64,000 bases of DNA from Priapulus caudatus (taxonomy: Eukaryota), in contig NW_014577078.1 of NCBI RefSeq assembly GCF_000485595.1, positions 214,427-278,426 of the forward strand, written 5' to 3'. The notes below the pieces were generated by a model. That model saw only the letters and a list, made by a program, of their open reading frames with translations, was not told the origin of the DNA and made no database searches. The translations under genes were made by a program, and so were the position numbers. This document shows positions 14,460 through 47,384 of this stretch, piece after piece. Each line of letters starts with the position of its first letter. The first letter of the stretch is position 1.

Positions 14460-14594
14460 CATACATGCACACATACATAGCACACACACGCACACAGACA
14501 CACACGCGCGCACACACGCACACGCACAAGCACACGCACACGCACGCACGCACGCACACACACGCACGCACGCACGCACGCACGCACGCGCGCG

Positions 14595-14640
<46 letters not shown>
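14460..14640. repeat. (CA)n/(CG)n microsatellite
   Basis: Direct reading of the sequence. Confidence 0.9.
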
Positions 14641-14644
<4 letters not shown>

Positions 14645-15254
14645 ACAACTTATGAGCGAGATCTCAGCCTGTGTGCATGTGTGCATGTGAATGAATGCGT
14701 GTGTTCGAGCATGTCTGTGTGTTGCCTTGCTACACATTGTCATTGGTTATGATTGTGTGGTTCGCATCCAGTGAGATTTATAGAACGTCTTTGTTTCTGT
14801 TCTATAGTACTAGTAAAATATAACTATTACTAATTTCAGCGCAGTAAAACTTACCGCCGAGGGTACTTCTTGATTTTCGGCTGTTTGTAAGGCGTAGGAC
14901 CCATTAAGATATCGCATTCCAACACCATCACATAAACATGCGTATTCGATTCGCAAGGCATTGATAGACTAACAATGACGCAGCACTGTTGTCATGTTCA
15001 TTATACGGTATCATAGCGACACACCCGTGGGTAGCCGTGATCCATCATTCCATGCATGGCAGCTAGTGGAAGAACGGCGTTACGTGGGCAAAGCCAAGAT
15101 GCCTTAGTATAATAATAGCGCACATTCCTGACGCTGTTCAAAATTTAGTAACAATTAGGCAATTGACACTTAATGTGTTCCGCGCCTATTGCTCATGTTT
15201 GCTTAGATTTTTCTGCTGTTTCGTGTGCAGCTCTCTCTTTTGCGGCTAAAGAGT

Positions 15255-15278
15255 GAGAGAGGGGGAGAGAGAAAGAGG

Positions 15279-15342
<64 letters not shown>

Positions 15343-15358
15343 GAGAAAGAGAGAGCGA
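15255..15358. repeat. (GA)n microsatellite
   Basis: Direct reading of the sequence. Confidence 0.9.
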
Positions 15359-15762
15359 AAGCTCAGTGGTCCAAGTGATAGAGTATTCACGTGTTACCTC
15401 GACGGTTGACCTGAAGTTCAAACACGACAGTGCTGTGTGAATTTCTCAAGGTTTACAAGCATGCCACTCATACCTGGGGATTGTGAATTCTTCCTGGCTC
15501 GGCTCACCGCGGAAATTCGGGAAACCGTCTCTAGCATTAGAAATGTAAATGAACCAATGAGGACGTAAAGCAACCTGACATTGACATCCTTTAGTGTCTG
15601 TATAAGAGTCCCTCCGGAGTTCGGCCTGACATAGTTCTCTAGGGCTAACTATTAAACAAGACATCAACTTTATATCGATAGAGCTAGTTAGTAGTTACAT
15701 GCATATATGCATTACCTTTCCTTCATATCCCATGCAGGAGACACCAAGCGACAAGTATAAGA

Positions 15763-15990
15763 ACATAACAGAATATAATATAACATAACAGAACATAACA
15801 TAACATAACATAACATAACATAACATAACATAACATAACATAACATAACATAACATAACATAACATAACATAGCGTAGCGTAGCGTAACGTAACGTAACG
15901 TAACGTAACGTAGCGTAACATAACATAACATAACATAACATAACATAACATAACATAACATAACATAATATAACTTGGCATAACGTAACA
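15763..15990. repeat. (ACATA)n pentanucleotide repeat with internal (GCGTA/ACGTA) variants
   Basis: Direct reading of the sequence. Confidence 0.92.
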
Positions 15991-17108
15991 TCATCACATT
16001 AAAACCGTATATCGTGCAGGCCGCGTACTCATACCACGCACATTTGTAGCTATGCCAGGCAGAGTGTCGCGACACACACCACAAACGTGGCGTCAGCCGC
16101 GTCACACACCACAAACACCCGTATTTTATTAGATACGTGTATTTATATTTAACTACAAACATTTATGGGATATTATATTCAACGATCTCGCCTTTAATAT
16201 AACGAAGGTGTTTTAGTGCATGTGTGTGCGTGCTCGTGTGTATGTGTGTGTAAGACACGTGTGATTGTGCGCATGATGAGTAATAATCCAGGTTATGATA
16301 ATAACACTGTTTACATAAATTCTACCACTCGTAAATTGTAAATTATGAACGAATGCTACACTCGCAATGCAAAACGGAAATTTACTACCAGGTATAGGTG
16401 AACTCCGAACTCAAATATATCAGCACCTAACTTGCTCCACGGCCTGTCTGGTAGATTGTGGGGCACTAAAGGTTCTTTCTAGTTGCCACGTGCATATGTT
16501 GCACAGATAGGACAGTCTGATACTGTCTTCTTGGACTTGTTAAATGTTAAATAATTGTTTACACAGCCTCAAATTCTGTGCGGCGTAAGCTTCAAATGGC
16601 GACGGTGCAGCACGTCTAAAATCCTTCATTTTTCTCGGTTTACAGCTACTTTAAATCCTACTTCTGACACCATGTAACAGCATCAACTGAACGCCGTTGC
16701 TAGCATGCCTCGGACTGACTACACATCAGTGCTTTAATACTATTGGTCAATACGAAATAGTAAAATCTATTTCATGTGTGCAGTAACTGTTGTTTACGAC
16801 ATATTGAATATAATATTATATATATTTATAATTTCTCTAAAACTGTTACGGTATGCATTCTTATAGGTTTTTTTTATAAGTATTCAGCAAATATTAGATT
16901 AGCTAAATAATCTCATTACAAGCTTTACTAATAAACTCCAACGTCTAAAAGTAAATATTTATAAAATTCAATTTTTCTGCTGTTTACATATGTTTAATAA
17001 ATTTTTCAACAGACAGTTTGGAGATCTCTCTACCAAAGAAAAAGAGAGTCATGCTTGACCAAAGTAATACATGAACGCTACGGATTTATTAGATACAATG
17101 TTATACAT

Positions 17109-18233
17109 TATATATATATATTATATAAACATATTACTACGGCAAGAACGAACTCTGTCTGTCTGCGATGCATTCCGCCGTTTATTATGTCGTTATTAGT
17201 TTAGAATGCCCAAAACTGTCACACCGTGAGGTGATCAGCAGTGATCAGCACTGATCACCAGTAGGGGCGCCTAAGCACATTTAAAAAAATACACTAAAAA
17301 CTACTATTTAAAAGCAAGTATAATATCAAAAGTACGAACGCATCGAAATAGCTGTTGTTGTCGCGAGCGTGCAATGCATGTTGGGATGGCTCGCAGCGCA
17401 TTCTGCGATAGCGCGCGCTAATGATGTTGTCACACGTAAAGGAAATCAACGTAGACTGTACTGAGCAGTGCGATACGCTAGAAATGCAGGCAGGTTTCGG
17501 TTTTAGCATGAAAAGCAAGAAGACGGAAAAACTTTAGATACTGTATACTGCATTCGAAGAAGCAGGAGAAAGAAGCTAATATACTGCATACTGCCTTGAT
17601 ATACTGCATACTGCATTAGAAATAAGAAGAAGAAGAAAGAACCAAACGGAAACTGTTTATACCCGGATCTGATATCGTCTTATATTGACGTGTTTAGGTT
17701 ATTGACCTATGTATTTAGTTTAGTTTGTTAATCCATGTAGCGTGTTTGATTACTGTACAGTAAGTGTGAATCTTTGCCAGCGTATTTTCTTTGTGATTTC
17801 TATTGTGCACTCGATCACTATGTGCTGCTGGTTGTTAATCGAATTGCCAGAACTTCAGATACCAATCAGATGCTCGCAGTAATTTCAAATACTACTGAGT
17901 TGTCATGTATTATTTTGATGTATTGCGAATCCCAATGATAAGAGAGACGCGTGGCAGACGTCACCAGTTGTGTATTTAAAAGGCGAGACGAGGCTTGCAC
18001 AGCCAGCGTGGCATATTCATAATAACTTGCCGCACTTTCATAAAAATTGTGTATATCCAGAAGCTTGGACTAAATAGAATCCTAGAATCTTTCGAACTGT
18101 TTTTGTCAGAATATCGTTTACCCTTTCATATTTTGTTTTTCGGTTACGACTTTATCCTTATAATTAGGTAAATATATGTGCAAAACGGTCTACAAGTTGT
18201 TCCTGAGCGTTTTTCCCTGGGCAACGCCGGGAG

Positions 18234-18240
<7 letters not shown>
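17109..18240 (+). mobile_element. Non-autonomous Helitron-like element
   Basis: TA-rich 5' end followed by ctgtctgtctg, and a 3' GC hairpin ccctgggcaacgccggg (18215-18231). The terminal CTAG is replaced by (TA)n. Confidence 0.5.
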
Positions 18241-18275
<35 letters not shown>

Positions 18276-18277
<2 letters not shown>

Positions 18278-18310
18278 TAGCTTGGGACCCGGCGTTGCCC
18301 CGTAAGGCTA
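18276..18310 (-). mobile_element. Helitron-like 3' end (GC hairpin plus CTAG)
   Basis: Minus strand reads cggggcaacgccgggtcccaagCTAGt. The body extends into the CA/GA microsatellites, and the 5' end was not located. Confidence 0.6.
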
Positions 18311-18359
18311 ACATGTCATAGAACACTCGCACAACATTCTTTCCACCAATATGTGCACC

Positions 18360-18786
18360 ACATACGCACGCACGCACACACGCGCGCGCGCACACGCACA
18401 CGCACACGCATAAGCACACGCACACGCACACCTACACGCACACGCACACGCACACGTACACGCACACGCAAACGTACACGCACACGAACAGGGAGAGAAA
18501 GTGGCAGAGAGAGATAAAGACACAGAGTGAGAGAGACAGACACCGAGCGCAAGACAAAGGGAGAGACACACACACAGACAGAGAGTATATATGAACGCCA
18601 AGCTTCGGTGCTTGTCTATGAAAATATCGAAAGAAAGAAGGGGCTTAGGCAGTGAAACAAAGACTGAGACCAAAATTCCAAAATAGACAGTCAGAGCGAT
18701 GAAGAGAGTCACAGAAGTGGGGATACATAGGGAGAGGGAAAGCAGAGATATAATAACACAGGCGGCATAGAAAGAAAGAGAAAGAC

Positions 18787-18828
<42 letters not shown>

Positions 18829-18934
18829 AGAAGAAGAAGAAGAAGAAGAAGAAGAAGAAAAAGAAGAAGAGAGGAAGACAGAGCGAGACAGAGGGAGTGA
18901 GAGAAGAGAGACACAGAAAGACAGAGTGAGGGAC

Positions 18935-18965
<31 letters not shown>

Positions 18966-19008
18966 AGAAAAGAAAGAAAGAAGAGAGAGAGAGCAGAGAA
19001 TGAGAGAG

Positions 19009-19051
<43 letters not shown>

Positions 19052-19558
19052 GAGAGAGAGAGAGAAGAAGACCAAGACAGAGAGTGCCTACGAACGCAAA
19101 GCGTGCCTGCCTCTTTTTTCCATCTTGCTCTAGTGATGCAGTACAGTATGAAAATGCAGAGAGGAGGCGCGGGAACAGTGCGTGTGGGGGTGCCGTTTGT
19201 ATGCGTGCATGCAATGTGTGGATGTGTGGATGTGTGCGCGCGCATGAGAAGACAGATAGAGAGATACAAAGTGAAAAGAGAAAGTGAGAGAGTGAAGAAG
19301 GAGGAAAATATCAAGAAACAACAGGGGCCCAAGAAAGAGACACAGAGACTGTAAGCGAATTACAAATACGCACAGCAAGAGAGCGAAAGACAGACAGAGA
19401 CTTGGAGATACAAAGAGAGGAAAGAGAGAGATAATAATAGGAGCGACATATAGAGCGACAGAATGAGCCGACAGTGAGACTCGGTAGAGAGAGAGAGAAA
19501 GAGGCGAGCGAGCGAGAGAGAGATAGAGAGAGAACAGTTGAGACTCAGAGAGAGAGAG

Positions 19559-19604
<46 letters not shown>

Positions 19605-19616
19605 CTAGAACTAGAG

Positions 19617-19687
<71 letters not shown>

Positions 19688-19701
19688 TGTGGTGAACTCC
19701 C

Positions 19702-19741
<40 letters not shown>

Positions 19742-19960
19742 GAGAGACGACAGACAGAGGGAGACACACACACATACAATACACATACACGCACACACAC
19801 GCGCGGCGCACACACACGGCATAAGCACAATCAAGCACACGCCACGCACGACAGCAACAAACACAAACAGAAAAAAAAAAGAAACGGCAAACACACACAC
19901 ACCAACACAACACCACGACACACAGGGTCACACACACAAGACGACACACACACAGACCTC
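18360..19960. repeat. CA/GA/GAA low-complexity region
   Basis: Direct reading of the sequence. Confidence 0.9.
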
Positions 19961-20549
19961 GTGGCGCCATCGTAGAGGAAAAAATGTTTTTCTATAGGCC
20001 CTATCCTATGTATTTAACCGAATTTCAGTATATCATACCTGTAATTTTATACCAAACTGTATGTGCGTGCAGTTTGATGTGGCTGTATGTGTGTATTTGC
20101 ATAAAATTTAATGTGGGTATGTTGGCCTATACGCTCTAGCAACGACATTGTTAAACAGCATAGAACCCTCCGGCGCGTCTGATTGCGCCTGGGAGGTGCG
20201 GCCATTGCACGATGGTGACAAGGAAGGTGGATATGGAGCGAAACTAGGGGGCGCACATAGACAGTAACTCAGAGGAGTAACTATTATGAGAACACTCTGC
20301 CCAGGGTCAACTCTGCCACGGACAGGGGAACACAATCACATATATACTTGTGGCATCCACCGCAAGACAGTCAAATCCAACTAAAATGCGATTTGTTGTG
20401 ATACCTGCGATCACATAAAATGCCTACCAAACTGCATGTTGATATCGGTCGCAGATTTCACGTATCTATCGCCAGCTCAAGCCAAATGGTATTGTTTTAA
20501 TTGCTAACTGCTACAATTAGGTGGTTCTTTTTTCTGATTCTATCTCATA

Positions 20550-21055
20550 TGAATACAACTCAACACCACGAGGCCACCTAGATACCAATGCTCCCGTAGC
20601 TCAGCGAACATTACAATGGGTTCAGCATTATGATCCAGGTGACCTCGTGATGTTGGGTGCTATCATTTCTGCAATTGGGGTAGCATTGCCCCTTGTGTTT
20701 GTGTATCCTAGAAAGAACTATCGAGACATCTTTCTCACATGAACGCCCGAAGGTTCTCTACGTTTGGCATCTGAATCTGGGTTGATGAACAGTGAACTGT
20801 TTTTAAGAGTTATGGAACATGTTGTGAAAAACGCACTTGCCTCTAAGGAAACCCCAGTTATCATGAACATGAACAGTCATGAATTCCATGTGTCTGTGGA
20901 TACATTGGAATATGCAAAAGATCATGGTTTTCACATATTAACGCGTCCCCCACATACAAGCCACAAAACACGACCTCTGGACAGATCTGTGTTTGGACCA
21001 TTGAAAGCTTATTTCAGTGGAGAAGTGAACAGCTCGATGATGAGAAACCCATCTC
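20550..21055 (+). mobile_element. Degraded pogo/Tigger-like (DDE_1) transposase fragment
   Basis: ORFs 20521-20742 and 20764-21090 share one frame with an internal stop. Motifs: SAIGVALPLVFVYPRK, SGLMNSELF, MNSHEFH (degraded D.H.SH), PPHTSHKTRPLDRSVFGPLK. Confidence 0.8.
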
Positions 21056-21059
21056 CAGA

Positions 21060-21545
21060 CAAACAGTATCCGCCACACCCTGTTCTCTAGTCAGTCCTCC
21101 TCTGGTTTGGATGGATCCCATCATGACCTGTTCAATTGTAAGGTCTGTCCATATTCCTGCCCAAATGTGATTGCTTTTGCGGACTGTATGGAATCCTTGT
21201 TCTGTGAAACAATAATATGGTGGTGTGTTCGTAATTCCAGCATCAGCTGCAAGCCTGCAAGTACAATCGTGCACTCTTTGCATAATTGACGTGGCCAGTT
21301 GCAGCAAATCAATTCAATATTTGTGTAACAGCTATGAGATGCAGGTTCCAATCTCCGGTTCTTTCAGCGCGAATGAAATTCTTCAACGTTTCCACGTATT
21401 CAATATATTGCAACCCCAACATGGCTGCTGGTGACCTCTCAGCAAGCAATTCTCTATACTTTAATAAGCAATCATGTAACTTCTTCAGCCTTTGATTCAG
21501 CAATACCGGCCACTCGTATAGATTAGTCTTTGATTCCTTCATCTA
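21060..21545 (-). mobile_element. Degraded DNA-transposon coding fragment, probably Academ-like
   Basis: Across a stop and frameshifts: LQYIEYVETLKNFIRAERTGDWNLHL...FAATGHVNYAKSARLYLQ...GFHTVRKSNHIWAGIWTDLTIEQVMM..IQTRGGLTR. I recognise this motif series from invertebrate repeat proteins; the Academ assignment is from memory. Confidence 0.55.
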
Positions 21546-22289
21546 AGTCGAATCTGTTCTACTTCTGTGCTATTCAGTTTGTTCTCATCGATACCAGTCT
21601 CCATTGCTGCAGCAGGTATTTCCATCTCGACATTGGTCAAGGGGTCTTGGGGATCCTCCAGACTTTCACTTTGGCCCTCTGAATGAGTACCTGTTTCCAC
21701 TTATCTAACAGAAGGTGTTGCAATTGCAGTGTTTATACCATTATTACTTAGAGGCATCTCAATCTCCATATCACTTGACGAGCCTTGCTCATGCTCATTT
21801 CCCATAGCAAAACATGCAAACATGCAGAATTACCCAAAGGAGATTTTTGCGGATTTTTTATATGTTGTTCTACTCAGAATTCTGCTTCGTTTGACACCAA
21901 AATCAGTTTTGTACTTTTTTCCGGGTAGCATCGATATTTCATCTTTAACTACCGGACTACAACACAATTCCTAAATATGTAAAGTCTTCTACAAAATCAG
22001 GTTGCTGGGGTTGCGTTGAAGTTGACACGCATCACCTTGGTCTTCTCCAAACTGATGCTCAGTCCCGTTTGCTTGGCGAAGTTATTGAGCCGATCTTCTC
22101 TTGAAGGTGGCTGGCGTCATGGCGAGAATTGCGAGGTCGTCAGCGAGTCGAGATCCTCCAACTGGGAAAACAGCGTCCACCGTATTCCCCGTCCCGAGGG
22201 GGCACTCGCCTCGGAACTGGGCAGGGATTGAGGTGCTTCGGGACCTTAAAAACCTGACCCTGTCGCAAACTGCTTTGCGCCCTACTCCA

Positions 22290-24363
22290 TGTGAAAGATT
22301 AGTATAAAATATTTTTAGCAAATGTAGACAGTAACGTGTTCCAGAGATCGAGGCTTCTCTGGGCCAGGCACTCAATACTGAGAGCGACTAGCATACGGTA
22401 ATAGCCTGTTGAGAGCTGTTATAGTTGCCCAGCCGGAGATGTGTTTTGTTTCCTCGAGGTGGCTTAACAACGATACTGCCTGACTCAATGTTTTGCCAGA
22501 GAGACCCAGTGAACTGCTGTGCTGTTGGACTAGCGAGCAGCGACTCCGGTAGCAGGTTGCAGCTTCTGATTGTTCTAGGAAAGAAGCTGAACCTGTACCC
22601 ATCTGTCCGGGTTCTGATGTTGTTGTACGTGAGCCGGTGTGTGCCGCGGCATATACTGGTGCTTTGGTGAGGAAGGATGGAATGTCGACTGCTGCCTGTC
22701 CGTTGATTATTTTCCAGAATAGGGCCTGCCGGTTGACGAAACTGCGCTCTTGCAAGAAGGGCCATTGTAGGTCTGTGATCATTTGTGTGACACTCTCAGT
22801 TTGCTGGTAATTTCCCGTTATGAAGCGTGCTGTTTGTCTCTGCACCTTCTCCAGAAATGTCCTTCTGAGTGTGTGGATCCCAGACACTACTTGCATACTC
22901 GAGACTTGGCCCCACGTATGCTTTGTAGGCCATCTTTTTGACAGGTTCTGGGCATCCTACAAGGTTCCTGCGGATAAAGTTTAGGGCCCGGGTTGCCATT
23001 TTTTTCAACCGGCTGATGTGGGTAGACCAGGAGAGATCATCAGTGACGCCACACCGAGGTAGAGTTGATGTTCCTTCTTTTTGAGCTTGGTTTCCATGAT
23101 CGTGTAGGTCTGCTTTATTGGGGTTTGTTTCCTTGATATTGTGAGGCTGGTGCACTTTTTTCGGATTGGAAGACATTTGCCAGGTATTGGTCCATTGAAC
23201 CATGCAGCTTGTCAAGGTACTTTTGGAGAAGCTCTGTATCTGATCCAGTTTTGATGGGTTTGTAGATGAGACAGTCATCTGCAAACAGTAGCAGTGTTGA
23301 GTCGATGTCATCACATATGTCGTTGATAAAAACGAGGAACAGGAGGGGACCTAGGACTGTTCCCTGGGGACCCCTGATTTGACTTGTATTTTTCTTGAGT
23401 GTTTACCATCTAACACTACAATTTGGTGTCATCTGGTCAACCATTTTTTAATCCATACCAAAGTTTTTCCTCTTGTGCCATAGTAATTTAGTTAATGAAT
23501 AAGTTTAATGTGGGGGACTGTGTCGAAAGCCTTTGCAAAGTCATGATCACCACGTCTACTTGTTCTTGATTATCCAGTCTGTGACTTAGGTCGTTAACAG
23601 TGGAAAGCAGCCGAGTCTCACAGCTGTGAGACTTCCTGATTCCATGCTGGCAGTTTGCAAGTATATTGTTATGGTCAAAGTGGTCCATCACACTCCTGAA
23701 TATGATGTGTTCCATGACTTTGCATGATACACAGGTAAGGGATATGGGCCTGTAGTTTGCCGGAACAGATTTGCTTCCTTTCTTGTGGGCAGCTAGGATG
23801 TTTGCGTTTAGCCAATCCTCTGGCATGTCACCAGTGCGTAAACTTTGCTGGTGCATAAGACACAGCGTCGCCTGCGTCGGCCCTATAATTTCTGCATAGT
23901 TTTTTTAGCACTGTGGTTGGGAGTTTGTCAGGGCCAATTGCTTTCTTGGGATTTAGTGATTTTAGTAATTTAATTAGGCCCCTACTCCGTGTAATGTAAT
24001 GGAGATGTCCTCCATGGTTGGGTGAGGTGATGGGCCCTTGTCGAGAATATTGTACGTACGTCTTTATTGTCTATGGTTAACACTGATTCATACGGGTCTG
24101 CTAAGACCTCTGCATGCTTTGTCATTGTGAAAAAGTGCTGGTATGCCAATAATATCTTTTATCTTATTTTTGATGAAATTCCAAAGTCTGAATTGGTGTT
24201 GCATGAGCCCTGCGTCCTTTTCAAATAGATTCTCTAGCTATATTATGTTCTGATTGTAGTTCCTCCTTCATTTCTCGTTTGGTCTCTTCGTAGAGTTCCC
24301 TATCAGTGTCTGACTCGGTTTTCTTTGCCTTGTTCCATCTCCGTTTCCTTTTTTCATATACCA
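22290..24363 (-). mobile_element. Degraded CR1-type LINE (5'-truncated ORF2, reverse transcriptase)
   Basis: Collinear frameshifted ORFs: NYRPISLTCVSCKVMEHII, QHGIRKSHSCETRL, DFAKAFDTVP, PQGTVLGPLLFLVFINDI, LFADDCL, YKAYVGPSLEYASSVWDP, FSFFPRTIRSCNLLP. Confidence 0.9.
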
Positions 24364-24445
24364 CCTTCGATCCGTTCCTATACTCTTAATTTTTCTGGTA
24401 TGATAAAAAAAGGAAACGGAGGTGGAACAAAGCATACTATATAAT

Positions 24446-24525
24446 CAGGAGTAAGATAATATAGACTATATCTATATTATCAGGAGTAAGATAATATAGA
24501 CTATATCTATATTATCTTACTCCTG
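24446..24525. mobile_element. Hairpin micro-MITE (CAGGAGT...ACTCCTG) with partial tandem duplication
   Basis: 45-bp unit with a perfect 20-bp stem (24481-24525), preceded by a 35-bp duplicate. 7-bp flanking repeat atataat. Confidence 0.7.
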
Positions 24526-24689
24526 ATATAATATATATACCCTAGCGGTTGCAATATTGCACACACAACAGTGCTCAGAAACTGGTACGAGAATGTCTAT
24601 CGTGGACCAATCATGGACCCGCCTATGCTAGCTTACCGATATAGTGCCGCTAAATTAAGTTGTTCATATTGGGGTCGACCTAAATGTTG

Positions 24690-24890
24690 GCTTGCCTATA
24701 TTGGCATGCCAATATCGGCCTGGTGATATTGGCCCAATATTGTTTTGCCAATACCTATTGGGCCGATTTTGTTTTGCCAATATTGGGCCGATATTGGGCC
24801 AATTCTGCCAATATTGGTCCAATATTGGCCCGGTGATATTGGCCCAGTATTGTTTTGCCAATAGTGGGCCAATATATCTAAATAACCCAG
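24690..24890. repeat. Array of short palindromic CCAATATTGG-type units, probably the subterminal array of a non-autonomous DNA element
   Basis: Repeated ccaatattgg / ggcccaatat / ttttgccaat units. Confidence 0.6.
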
Positions 24891-25246
24891 TGCCAATAAT
24901 GATTTCGGAAAATATACCCTGTCCAGCGGTACGTACGTCCCCCGTACCGGTACTGATTATACGTCACCGTAAATCGTAATAAAAATAAAAATATTTCCAC
25001 TTTTTCACAAAATATAAGTAATTTTGTTCACTTTTTATGGTTAAATTGCTGCATTATACTTCTTATCTTACTATATTGTTCGATGTGAACATACTCTCGT
25101 GACTCATACATAGCCCATAGCAAGCAATTAATGTTAGGAACACTATAATATCAAATCGTCCAGGTTTTTTGGATTTTTAACTAGTTGAGAAACAATCTTA
25201 TCAGGTAAGAATTTGACGATACGTTTAGTTAGTTCTTACTTTTAAT

Positions 25247-25697
25247 CACTAGCGGATTAAGGGCGGGGCAACAGGGGCACGTGCCCCGGGCCCCCCACAT
25301 TTGGGGCCCCCCACATTTAGAGTATCCTAAAATTTACAAAACTGTCGTAATTGTGATCCACAAAATTCTTAGCATGTAACGTTGAAGTGATGCGTTTCCC
25401 ATGCTCTTTCGCTGACTGAATTTCGCTGTTCAGCTGATTATTGATGGTCTCGAATTGTAGCGGTGAAAGGTCATTTTCAAAACTCAAGTTGATTAAAAAT
25501 CCCATGAGAACCACGATCGGCCAACAGAGACTGGTAAACCTCAGTATTCTCGCTATCGAAAGTGACATTTTAAATTCATTGAAACACGATGAAATACTCT
25601 CTGAATTTGCAAGCATGAAAGTGCGGAAAAAATACAGACTAGAGGGCCCCCACACAATTGCGTGCCCCGGGCCCCCCACATGCTTAGTCCGGCCCTG
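25247..25697 (+). mobile_element. Internally deleted hAT element retaining the C-terminal dimerisation region
   Basis: Imperfect TIRs CACTAGCGGATTAAG ... CTTAGTCCGGCCCTG, with 8-bp TSD cttttaat (25239-25246 and 25698-25705). ORF 25441 reads [39 protein letters not shown], a hAT dimerisation motif. Confidence 0.88.
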
Positions 25698-26273
25698 CTT
25701 TTAATGTAAAAAAAATGGCAACACAAATTTTACAAATTTTACCATAGAAAATTTGTGACGTAGTCAATTTAACAATGGGAGTCCCCTCCCCCACGGGGTT
25801 CCCCGTCTTCTATGGTCTTCCGCACGTGGGTTTTCTCATAGTCCATGCAGTCTATGACGACTAAACAGAGGATGGCTGAGATGATGCATCCCTGTCCCAC
25901 GCCTGAGCTGACAGGGAACCAGTCAGATAGCGTGTTGTCTACAATGACTGAACACTGAAACCCTTCATAGAATTTAGTGATTATAATCCGATCTACAATT
26001 TTTGCTTGGATGGCAAAAGAGTGCAGTATTTTCCATAAAAGTGCCCTGGTGTATGCCATCAAAAGCTTTTTTGAAATCTATGAAGTTAATGTAGAGAAGA
26101 ACGCTCCACTCGAGACATTGTTTATTTTGACAGCTACTGTTTACATTTCTTTGCACATTTTGAAATGTTTTGAAGTAAAATTTTATAACAATTCGACACA
26201 TTTCGGTATTTAGTAGGTCCAGCTATGGGGATTACGTCATGACTCGGAACAGGAACTAGGAAAACGTACAATC

Positions 26274-46454
<20,181 letters not shown>

Positions 46455-47384
46455 ATAATATCAACAGCAAAAAGATCTACATATTCAGTGGCAGGTACAA
46501 ACATGAAAGGCTGGATTGAGAAACGATATGGGTTTAGTATTCAGCTGTTGCTGTAGGTGTTTTTAGAGTTTGTTTGGAAAGTAAGTTTCCGTACACCTTA
46601 CCCAACAGGAAGTGTTTCATTATATATTGACTAAGAAAAGTATTCTTACGTTAGCAAGACAAGGATAGTGTGAACATATTTATTGTGTAAACTAGACTGT
46701 CAAGAGGTTCTGATGTAATGAAGTTATTGCATTGTTTATATGTTAATTGTGGGTTATAGGGTCTTTTCATGTGGGCCTGTCAGTGATACATTTCCCTTCT
46801 GTTGTCAAAAATATTTGCATTATTGTTCATGATTTGTATTTGAAATGTCGTATTTTGAAGGTAGGCTCCCCCACTTTGCATTTCAAAAGTGTATGATATA
46901 AGTACCTTAATGCATAGTATATTAATATGTAGTTTAACACCACAGTTAGGGTATATCATGAGCCATATTTAACAAAATGTCATCATTCTATTATGTATGC
47001 TTATTGTATGAGGGTGCATTCTGACTCGTGTAGTGACTATAGTTAATTTTGATGTAGGGGGAGACCACCTTTAAGTTTTAAAGGGAAACGTTATTGTAAG
47101 TTTAACACGTGTTCACTTATAATAATAATACGCCTAGAGAGGCCGATTCCGAGAGTCACTTACAGGACTGCTCTAAAAACAGGCCGATTGTTTAGATTGT
47201 GGTAAAAGCATGGGATGTAGCACACGTGTACGTTGAGAGGTGCTTAATAAAATTAGAGGCAGTCCCCAGTAGAACTGATCTATTAAAGGCGGGTGCCACC
47301 TTGCAGTTTTGAAATGCCAAACTTCATTGCTTTTCTTCTGAGTAACCCTCTGAGTAATTAAAGGCTCTAGCATGCTTTTGTGAC

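Larger units (their letters stand above)
22193..25798. mobile_element. Non-autonomous TIR DNA element with 8-bp TSD, inflated by nested insertions
   Basis: Imperfect inverted termini CCCGAGGGGGCACTC ... GAGTCCCCTCCCCCACGGGG, flanked by the direct repeat ttccccgt. Confidence 0.7.
21965..26125 (-). mobile_element. RTE-clade LINE RT fragment split by a 3.6-kb insertion
   Basis: 5' part (25799-26125): YINFIDFKKAFD, WFPVSSGVGQGCIIS. 3' part (21965-22192): RGIRWTLFSQLEDLD.ADDLAILA, GLSISLEKTKVM, VEDFTYLG. The halves rejoin at the duplicated 8-mer ttccccgt (22185-22192 and 25799-25806). Confidence 0.85.

Noticed and set aside
18144..19997. SLSLSL / RERERE / CVCV ORFs
   Set aside because: Dinucleotide repeats lacking stop codons.
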